Both the position numbers and the translations under genes were made by a program. The notes under the pieces are model-generated. The model ran no database searches. It saw nothing but the letters and a program-made list of their open reading frames with translations, and had not been told where the DNA came from. A stretch of 63,701 nucleotides of DNA, filler included, from Folioceros fuciformis (Eukaryota): assembly GCA_049999805.1 (NCBI GenBank). It is 9 parts of 9 records of this genome, joined end to end, with 100 filler letters (N's around TTAATTAATTAA, not from the genome) between each part and the next. Parts side by side here need not be neighbours in the genome. Positions count along the whole stretch, not along the records: positions 12,120 to 40,219 come from JBNGIO010001309.1; 8 more parts are not named here. One strand, written 5' to 3'. Shown one piece after another: positions 25,382 to 36,094 of the stretch (its first letter is position 1; every line of letters starts with the position of its first letter).

Positions 25382-26328
25382 CTCAACATGTACCACGGCA
25401 CGGCACTGGCGAGGTGCGGTCCCTCACAGACCAGGAGGCAGGAGCTTCTCCAGTGAACACTACGTCATAATACTCAGTATGTCATAATAATACAAGGGTT
25501 TCCTAGGCTTACAAATCCGACGACTCACGTCAACAGTAAGCTACACAGTGAGGCACCGGAGGCGAGTTTAAACGACGTTGGCTTCCAGACGTTTCTGAAG
25601 CCAGAAGAAACACTGATCTACTGTATGGCGTGGACATGACGGTGCCATCAAAATGAAGCAGTTTCCTTGACCTACAGCAAGAAGTGACCTGCGCCTGCCT
25701 TTCAGGCCTGACTATTGTCAATTCTGCTACTGAGCTTGGATGATGGAACTGCGAAGTCTGCTCACTGATCTGCTCTACACCTGGTGGGCTCTGAGGAATT
25801 AAACAAATGAGTAGATGAAGGGGCCTCCATGAGGTTCGGCTGGCCCAAGCTGAGTGAGGTCCCAAGAGCGAAAACTTCCACCAGGAATTTGGAAATGAAC
25901 CTGATTAGATGATCCAAAGGACGTGAGAAACCACGAGGGATGGCACACGCAGATCAGCATGTTACAACAGAAATTGGAGAGCTTTGTAGTCCTTACCTCC
26001 GACGGTTACCAACGGAGCTTCGCAGCTGGCGTTGGGAAGCATGTCATCGTCTCTAAGCATCTGCGCGCAGCTGTAGTCGAGTCTTAGTGGCCACCCTGCT
26101 GCTGACTGCTCCAAGCAGAAGATCTTACCAAATCATTGAACAGGACTCGTGCATGACGCAAACTGGACAAACTCACCAGACACCGACTACAAACGTAATG
26201 GCTAAGCATTTCAACTCCAACAGACCTATGGTTGATATGTCCGGGCAGCTTTTCTTTCTTGTGCCATACCCCGACAACGCAACGGGGAGATGCTGAGGTT
26301 TCCAACGGTTTTAGTCTTTACCAGTAAG

Positions 26329-29300
26329 CTACGCCGCATCCTGGTGGTGGGAGGTGGCACTGATGTCTCCGTCTAGAAGTGAGTTGATGATGTCAGTTGC
26401 ATCGTCACCATCAAGGGGATCATCCATAATGCGGTTCATGTTCTTGTACAGCTGCCTTCGCACAAGCCTTTCATAAACTCCACTCTTATCCAGCAGCTCG
26501 TCGTGGGTACCTCTCTCCACGATAGCACCTTTTTCCATCACGGCAATCACGTCCGCATTGCGGACTGTTGAGAGCCTATGTGCTACAAGCACAATAGTGG
26601 GTCTGCCACCTTCAGCGTTGACCATCAACCTGTCCAGTGCCTGCTGCACCAAAGCTTCACTCTCTGTGTCAAGAGCACTCGTCGCCTCATCCAGAAGCAG
26701 AACTTTTGGTCTTCGTAAAAGCATCCGAGCTATAGCAATACGCTGCCGCTGACCCCCAGACACGCGAACACCTCGCTCGCCAACACGAGTGGCATATCCC
26801 TCAGGGAACCTCATGATAAAATCATGAGCATTTGCAAGTCTTGCAGCCTCCTCCACCTGCAAACATGGAGTACAACTTTCCCCTGTGGATCAGGAAGAGC
26901 ACAATCGGTGCGGAAGGAAGTCTGGACGACAAGGAACGGAACGACAAAGCTAATTGCTTTTGGCAGAGGTCTTACTTCTTCCTGTGTCAGAGTCCTGGTC
27001 AGACCGTATGTCATGTTCTCAAATATGGAACACGCGAACATTTGAGTGTCTTGTGCAACAAGGCCAATGTGCTTGTGTGCCGATTTTAAGTTCAGATCCC
27101 GCAAATCCCAGTTATCCAGAAGAATACGCCCTTGCGTTGGATCGTAGAACCTGGGAAGGTTTTCAAGTAAAACGTGAATGCACATTCGGCAGAGATAGGA
27201 CTGTGAGAGCAATTCTGCTTCTGCGCTTTGGATTTCAAGGCAGTTAGTATCCAGCAAAGGCTAACAAAAGGGTGAAGGAAGCAAAGGGATTGAAGAAACA
27301 GACGTCATACCGCATCAGAAGGTGGACAATTGTGGACTTTCCGCCCCCACTGCGTCCCACCAAAGCGCAAACTTCTCCTTTGCCAACATGCAGAGAAACC
27401 CCATTCAAAACTCTGTGCTGGGGTCTCATTTGATAGTGGAAGTGCACATTCTCGAGCTTGATATCTCCATCGAGGCTTGCAAGGGATGTGCCTTTGTGAG
27501 GATCAATATCTGGCAGGGCATCCACCAAAGACAGGACACGTTGAGCTGCACCTGCTGCCCTGGTAAGGGACATGAGGACTGACATAATGCTTTTGTAGCC
27601 AGACTGGATCAGGTTCCAATAGAGCTGAAATGTAATGAGTTTCCCCATGGAAAGCTTTTCCCGCATCACCAATACTCCTCCATACCACAAGATCAAAACA
27701 GATGCCCCAAGATCAAGCCAGTCGTTGACTGCTACCGCTCCCGCATAAGCATATGCATCTCGAACACCCTTCTTCATGGCTGCATGAGTCTTAGACTTGA
27801 ACCTAAACCAAGGCAGCATAGCACAGGACGATTAGCAACCAAAGTTGCTACATGATGCGATGCCATGACACCTCTCCGCCACTCTTTACATCTATCATAA
27901 GGAACCTCAGAAACTCAGACATGGCACCCAAGGGTGCGCGAAGCAGGCAATTGAAAATGGACATACCGGTCTATTTCCACATCCTCTGTCGAGAAAGCAC
28001 GAACAGTGCGCACATTTCCTAGGGCCTCAGAAGCTACAGAGTTTGCTTCTGCCAACACAGCATATCTCTTTCGGTTGAGCTCACGAGACCAGCGTGAATA
28101 TACAGCTGTTATGTGCATAATAGGAGCCATGGTGGTGAAGGCAAGCATACTAAGCTTCCAGCTGATGATGAAGCACATGACGAATCCACCGACGAGGGAT
28201 ATCAAATTGCGAACCAAGGAAGAGAGCATCCAGTTGAGCGGCTCCGCCATGGAGGAAACGTCGTTGGTGAGGCGAGAGGACAGCTCTCCAGATGTGGTGC
28301 TGTCGAAGTAGGCAATATCCTGGATAATGATGCCCATGAACAGGCGATCCTGCAGGGTCTTCAAAACTCTCTTGCCTACTACAGCAAAGCAGAGGTTCCT
28401 CACTGCCTCAAACACCCCCGTGAACACACTAAAAACCACCAGCAGAACGACATCTCTCTTAAACACGGACACCGCTCCGCCAATGACACTGTCCAGAATC
28501 TGGCCTTGCAAATGCGGCAGCACCATGCTCATGAAGGACGAAAACCCCAGAAACAGGAAAGCACACAAGATGAGGCAGGCCTCCTCCTTGGCAAGAGATA
28601 TGGCTCTCAACAGATAGGTGTTCTGATCCACTTCCATCTCCACCCTGAGTCCCCTGTCCCCCCGCAAAATCCCCTCCAGGGCCGACTGCGCCCCATTGCT
28701 CGTGTTCGGGCCAGTATGGTTGAGCGCACGCTGGCTCAACGACTTGAGGTGCAGAGCACGAGAAAGCACCCGGTTGGCATCCACCACCCGAGACACCAGA
28801 GAGCTCTCCAAATTGATGCACACCACGAATAAACCCATGAAAATCTCCTCCAACAGCGCCACCCGCACATGCAGGATGGTGTGGGTGGCATCGTACTCAA
28901 ACTCCAAGCACTTGGCCCCCACATACGCCTGGAAGCCAGTACAGCACAAGAAGACGAGGAAGAGCAGAATGTCCTTGCTCCTGGAGGCCGCATCAGGTCC
29001 CGTTCCCGACCCCGCCACCCCCACATTCCTGTCGCTGGAGCTGCCCAACAATGGGACGCTCAGATCCTGTTCATCCACCTTCCTCCTGTCAGGCAATTTC
29101 CGCCTTCCTTCGCCCCCAAACCTGCTCCTCCTCTCCTTGTTCTCCGCCTCCGTCCACGCACAGCCGCTGGCAAACCACGTCAGGGCTGAGCAGACCGCGA
29201 TCCGCAGCACGCAGAGCAGGACTAAGTCGGACGTGTCGCCTGTGAAACTGAGAATACCCGCCCAGAAATCGCTCCATCCTCGGGTGTACACGTGGGCAAC

Positions 29301-29450
29301 GATGTACAAGGCGAGGGAGCAGAGCAAATCCACGCAGAAGACCAAAACCAGAGCCACAATTCTCCTGAACCTCTGCGATTGCGCCTTCTCCACGTCCGTG
29401 GTGCCCAGATAGACCGGCGTCTCCACCAGCTTTCCGCCCTTCTTCCCCAT
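26329..29450 (-). CDS. Half-size ABC transporter B family (TAP/ABCB9-like) with an N-terminal extra membrane domain
   Basis: TMD ([28 protein letters not shown]), Walker [10 protein letters not shown], signature VSGGQRQR, Walker [19 protein letters not shown]. Confidence 0.92.
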
Positions 29451-29953
29451 GGCAGGAAGGCAATCAATGGAGCAGGAGATCCGACGCCGGTCCCGCAGCG
29501 GCAGCGGCCACAAGAGCAGCAGCTAAGGAGATGAGCATGTGGGTGCGGCCTGGCCGACACAGACAACGGTCGGCCTTAGGTGCATTGCTTCAGCCTTCCG
29601 CGAATCGATCCTTCTACAATAGGCGCTCTCACCGAACTGCCTAGACCTGCTCACCCACATGCAATTACCGCCACTGCTAGCGGACCCACCAGCCAGCCAC
29701 ACAAAACATGAGACGCTGCCAGCGCCAGCCGCAGCAGCAGCAGCACTAAGTGCGTTGCTTGCGTTTATGTCTGTCCCATTCCGTGCACCTCACGTGCTGG
29801 ATCTGTCCAGGGCAAGTGAAGATTCCCTCGTCAGGGTACCCGCTCCTCGGACGCGTCATCGCCAGCACATTCTTTTTCCATTCCATCCATTTCCGCAGCA
29901 GCCCGGGCGCCGTGGGAGGACGGAAGGGCACGGGGGACAGGGGGGTGGGCAGG

Positions 29954-31467
29954 ATGCACCACCATCAACAGCAGCAGCCGGACTGGAATCTGCCGAGCGG
30001 TTATCCACATCACCCTGCGCTTATAAAGAGCAGGACGTTGGAGGAGGCGACGCAGCGCGGACATGGGTTCGAGTCTGAGGCCGAGTCTCAGCCTGATCCT
30101 GAGCCCCCGCCTCCAGCGACGCCGGTGCCAGCGCCGCCATCGCTGCCTCCTGGGTGGGAGAAGGCGGTGGACCCAGCCACCGGTTAGTGCCGCTCTGCCT
30201 CCTGATGCTGATTCTTACGCTGCAGCACGGATTGGTGGGTCATTCGGTGGAGGCGGAATTCATTGGGGCCGATGCCGAGCGGAGAAGATTTGGGTGTGCG
30301 GATTCCGAGACTGGACTGCCTGCCCCGCCCTGCCCTGTCCTGGCCCCTTGCTTGTCCGCTTCCGCATCCGCAGACCGTTTGACAACCTGGCTTGTCGTTT
30401 CACAGGGCAAGTCTACTATTACAATGTCGAGTTGAACGTAACTCAATGGGCGAGACCGACTGTTGCTGCCAGGCCGCAGCAGGATGGGGCGGAATCAGTC
30501 TCTTCCTCGTCACTCCCAGACTCAAGGAACAGCCAGGCAGCATGGCCTCAACCTGAGCTGGAGCCTGAGTCACTCGGATTCCGCAGGTGTGCTGGGTGTG
30601 GGGGATGGGGCTGGGACGTGGTTCAGGCCTGGGGCTACTGCAACCATTGCACCAGGTGAGTGTCTCCAGGGCCGGCCATCTATTCTGCTGCCATGTAGTC
30701 TGCCTGGATTTAGGGTTTTGGAGCCACGGTAGGTTGCTGTGATGGAACTTGATGTGGTGCTTGTGTGTCTTCTCTTTGCCAGGGAGCTAAAGATCCACGT
30801 GCCTGATCAGCACAGTTCGATCGTGCAAGCAGTGGGGAGCAGTCCAGCCCAGAGGTGGCAGGTTCTTCCAGTGCCTATTTTCTCATTTCTCCTTAGTGCA
30901 TCCAGCTCCAGACTGAATGTGGTTGTATGCCATGAAGGTTAGGTGTGAAGCCACCCTCTGGCATGAATCCGAGGAGGGTCAAGCAGCGGCAGGTTGAAGA
31001 CGATGAGCTGGATCCCATGGACCCTAGCGCCTACTCCGATGCCCCCAGGGGTGGCTGGTGAGCATCTTGGCTTGGCTGGTTTTGCTCGCTTTTGGTCCAT
31101 CTCCTGTGCTGTTTGGATTGCAGTTTGAGTTGAGATGCGCTGACGTGCAATGTCTCCAGGGGGGTGGGTCTCAAAGGCGTGCAGCCAAGGGCTGCTGACA
31201 CAACGGCGTCTGTAAGTTCTCTCGTGTTTTGGTGTTGGAGTACAGTGACAATGGACATAAGCATTAGGAATGGATTTTCACTGCCGATGGATGGTCTTGC
31301 AGGGACCACTTTTCCAGCAACGGCCCTACCCGTCACCTGGAGCAGTCTTGCGGAAAAATGCAGAGCTTGCTGAAGAACAGAAACAGCGTAAAAAGGTTCC
31401 AGATTACGGGCCTGCTGCCAAGAGGGTTAAACTTGCGGGAATGGTGAAGCCCAGACCGACGAGGTAG
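29954..31467 (+). CDS. WW-domain protein, PQBP1-like
   Basis: [20 protein letters not shown]...[14 protein letters not shown]...[51 protein letters not shown] (PQBP1 C-terminal YxxPxxVL motif). Start is tentative. Confidence 0.88.
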
Positions 31468-31563
31468 CAGTTTAACTTCCCTTGATACGCGCAGGATTCA
31501 TCTACAGCATCTCCCTCGACATATTCAGGAATGAAAGTCGAAAGTCTTTTGGAGAACGAGTTA

Positions 31564-34500
31564 TCACAGGACAGTACATTTACTAAAGAATGACCTCTTC
31601 CATGCAACTTTTGCAGCAGCTAGGAACGATGCACTACCTTTCGAAACTGGTTCTTCTTTGTCTACCAGTTGCCCTGCTGGATTTGTCTGGGATGTCTCAA
31701 CGTTGGCAGCTTTCGTTGAAATCTTTTCCTTCGTCGAGATGCCAGTGTCAGGAGATATTCGCTGCGCAATAATGTTGGATTCTTTTTCCACCTCTGACAG
31801 CTCTCCAGGCTTCTTGTCGAACAGTCCTTTGAACTGTTTGCGGGCTCTCAGTTCACTCTCCTGCACAACGAAAAGAAAACACGTTATTGGTGTGGGAACG
31901 TTTTCCGTCCCCATTCTCAGCCGGAGAGGGAGTGAGAAAGGTGATACCTGCTCTCGCTTCTTCAGCTTTGCGAGTGCCGTTTTCGCGGCTGCTTCCGTGT
32001 TCTTGTCAAGTTCTAGCATCTAAATCAAGGACATTAGTTATTGCATCACCATCTCCAGTGCTACTACGCGGACAACATCCACAAAACTGGAAGCTAAGGT
32101 CGACTCCATACTTTGATGAAATCAGCTTTTGCCTCTGCAAAATCTCCCGTTGCAGTATATGCGAGACCTCTTCTGTAGTATGCCTTCGCATGTAGAGGGT
32201 TTCCATCCACCACCTGTTATTTGCAACCTTTCTAAGTCATGGCAATCAGTAGAATGCACAGACAACTGGCACCAACTCAGGAGGTAGACTTTAACTTGCC
32301 TTGTTGCACAAGTCAATGCATTTTATGTGCTCCTGCAGATTATAAAGGCATGCCGCTACATTGAGCTGTATCGCCGCCTGCTCATAACCAACACCATAGC
32401 AGGTCAGGTTACGAAGGCACCAGCAGTATTCCAGCCCAAAATGTTCAGTACTTCACCTTTACATCAAGAAGCTCTTTGCTTTCCGCATCATCTTTGGGAT
32501 GCACATGGTTGAAGTCCCTGAGCACCTGCGATACAAGGTCGGTGTTACCTTCATGGCTGGCCCTGCAAGCATGAGACGATGGCAGTATCACTGACCTTGT
32601 CATACTTTGCCTTCGCTAGCTCATACTTTCCCTCCTTGAACAGCCGATTGCCCTGTCAACCCATACACTTAAGAAGCCAGATCGACTGCTTCACAGCATG
32701 GAGAAGGAGCAGGTCAGCTCGTTTACCGTCCCCTTGATTTTGTCAGCCTCAGACATAATTTCTCGAAAATTCAATCCTGTCCAATCCTGGCAGCAAAATC
32801 ATGGTGTCAGCTTAGATGTCAAAGCACACACCTTGCACTGCTCAGATGCAAGGACACGCAAGCTAGGGTGAATTTCCCACTCACCTTGAGTTTTTCAAAC
32901 CCCAGCAATTCCACTTCCCACTGAATACGAGCACCCTCTGGAACATTGCTGGGCCTGCACTGCACCAGTTGGAAGATAAGTCTACAAGATGACCTAGTCA
33001 ACTCTAGTGACCAAATGGTGTTGAGCGAACCTGGGAAATTTGTCGTAAGCATATTGTGGTAGACAGCAGATCACGGATACTTCTTCAGGGAGCATTAGTT
33101 TACAAGAAAGTTCCAACCCTTCAGGCACCTGCTCGCCGTATAACAACAAAAAAATCTGTCAGTGTGGACTCACTGCCCACAAAGGGTTCAAGGAGGCAAG
33201 ACCCTGAGAGATGGACAAGCACGGTGTACTTTTCATACACAGTACGCAACAGCTTGTGGAGTGTACTGGGACCAGTGTACACTACCTGTCCTTCCCCCGA
33301 TGAAAATTCCAGTGGCTGTCCTTCGTTGTCTACTCGAGTATCGCAAAACACCCTGCCTCCTTCATCTGGAAGCGTACCTTTGTAGTGTATACGCAAAACA
33401 CTGTCCTCCAACGGACAATCCATAGGAAAATCGCCTGCACAAGACACAGCTACTGGAGTCCACCAAGGATGTTCTTGAGCCAAGTGACTTACAACTCGCA
33501 AACAGTAAAAAAAATATACCTTTCCCATCACGAATTCTTCGCTTGATGACACCACCATTCCCAAGCACATCTCGAACCTGTTCCAAGTGCATAATGTAAA
33601 GAACTGAATTGAAAACATATATGACACTGCATTGGTCTCTTTTGTTTGCCGGTATGAAAAAGGGGGACTACCTGTATTAGTTGGATCAGCTCCACCTCAA
33701 ACACCACTTCCTCAGTCTCTGGTGCCAGCTGTTGAATGCTTGAAGCTGCAGTCACGTATGCTTTCGAGATATATATGATAGCCTTTTCCCCCCTCACCAT
33801 TGTCCCTATCCCCTTTTCTAACCCAACTGGAATCTGGTTACAGCGCCGTCCGAGAGTGAAGGTATTGAAGGCAACAAGCACCTCAGCTGGACAGCTTGGG
33901 CATTGGCTATTGCAGACATTAAACGGAGTGGCGTGACATGTAAATAACCTCGTTTTTGCCGAAGACAAAGTGGAATGGCTGCCCAGAATTGCAACTAAGG
34001 AACTTTGTGCCACCATATACCCAACCTGTCAACCTAGCCAGCTTGACAGGGACATCAAATCAATGGGAAGCTATTCTGTGGTTCTGCTGCTGCTCGAGTT
34101 AAGAATACGCAAACACCACGAGGATGCAAACAGACAGTCTTCACAAAAGGCTATCTGCAAAGGGCAAAACAAGGTTATTCATGGAGTGATAAAGCTTAGT
34201 TAGTCTCTGCTTACCAAACTTTGGCTTCATACGGAGGTCTACCAGTTTCCCAGCTGTTACCTTCAGCCAATACCTGCATTTTATCAAGGCGGGTGAGGTT
34301 GCTTGAACTCCTGGTTTCAGTGAGCATAAAACCAAGATGAGCGGCAGCACCAGAAGACCTGCAGAAGCTATGAGCGACCCATCGTACCTGCTTCGTGACA
34401 CCAGCATCGTCTGTAACTAACTGTGAACACCCAGACGCAACACGGGATGTCATCCAATGCCGGTGCCACATGAGCTCACAACGACAGACTCAAATTGATA

Positions 34501-35344
34501 CACTCTGACACCTCTACGGAGAAGCTAAGGCTTACTGCCAGGACAACAAGTACCACCTTCACAGGCATGAAATCCAGCAATTCAACTTCAAACATCAGCA
34601 GCTGGTCTTTAGGATAGTCATCTCGCGCTTGTATTGGGCAATCTGGGTCGCCATAATGCAGGTCTGAAATCATCTTCAGCTGTAGATAAAGAAGAGGCCT
34701 TATCAAACTTATGGTCCAGTTGCACCTCCAAAGAATCACCGCAACATGTTCCTGCAGTTCATCAGCATTTGGGTGCAGCTCACCATAGCTATTTCACCTT
34801 TCAGCATGCTGGGGATAGCCTCCTCCCAGCCCAAAATCATTTTGCTTTTCCCTAGCACTAGCCTGTGCGGAATGCCCTTACCTGCAACCCAAGCATCGTA
34901 AGAAACTAATGTGAGTGGGATTCATCACACCGCATACGCAGCTCAGGCCGATGCTTCCAACCTCCATACTCAGCTCGAGTCGACTCCACAATCACGCCCT
35001 CAGCTGTCCTGGTTGTGTTATGAAAAATCACCTGCAAAGCGCACAGGGTGACCAAAATCTCCACCATCCAAGTCGCCAACAGTAAATCCGCAGAAACAAA
35101 CAACCGTACTTGGTCGCCAGACTGAGGAGTCTTTTCTCCTGCTCCTTCTCTTACAACGGCCTTCATCAATCCTCCTGGAGGCACCACCTTCTTCTTCCTG
35201 CATACCCAACATGAGATTGACGACGAGAGCTCTTCAACATCAGCAATTCACCAAAAGGACAGGCTCAGATGCGAACTTGGGAGCCTCCTTCTTCTTAGCG
35301 TGCCTCGGCAGGATCTCCTCGGCTTCATTGTCTTCGGCTGCCAT
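31564..35344 (-). CDS. PAS1: FKBP-type peptidyl-prolyl isomerase PASTICCINO1 (3 FKBP + TPR), many exons
   Basis: GGLMKAVVREG, VIVESTRAEYGGKG, FPMDCPLEDS.LRIHYKG, PLEFSSGEG, TPR QLNVAAC, KAYYRRG, ARKQFKGLFDKKPGE, C-terminal CaaX CTVL. Confidence 0.92.
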
Positions 35345-36094
35345 TCTTCAAAGACAGAGCGAATTGCCCGGGTTCCCCCGTCGAGGTTCAACCCAATTAC
35401 ACTTTCCCCTTCTCAGTCTGGATCCAACCTTCTCAAAATGCGGCGCAGAACAACGTTCCCTGGTTCTTGTATCCCTGCAAAGAGAGCATCCTTCACATAA
35501 CAGCCAGCACCCCACCATTTCCCAGCGGAAATCGACAACGACAGGCAACAGAGATTCCAAGTCTGCCTGCGACACGAATTCGAATCCGAGCCTTGTTTAT
35601 GAAGTAGAATGTACAGTGACGAGTACCTGCCTCTCTTCTCTTCCCGACGGCAGTCCTTACACTTCAGGTAATGACAAAGCGCCGATCTGACCTGAGCTGG
35701 TCTGGTGCTTATTTGAGCTTCGAAGAAGGAGATTCCAATGCTTTGTGATTTTCAATAGAAACTCTCATCGCAGTTCTTTAGTTTTTTCTCAGCTGAAGGC
35801 GCAAAGGGTGTGAAGGTGATGCACAACAACAGAGTTGGGGGAAGCGTCCGAACACAAACGGCCAATGTAATCTATCAGTCACGGTTGCAGAAAGCAGATG
35901 GACTACATGTGCTCTTTTGAAAAATGGAACGAATTCATCCGCTGGGTCTGCCGCAAGCAAAGGCGAGGCCAACAAGGTTGGTCAAACTAACAAGGTAATC
36001 AGGTTAAGGCTGACATCGTGAGGAGACCCACACGGTTAATGAGGCCAGAGAGTCAGGTACACGGCTAGAACGATTTTTCTACCTACGACACACC

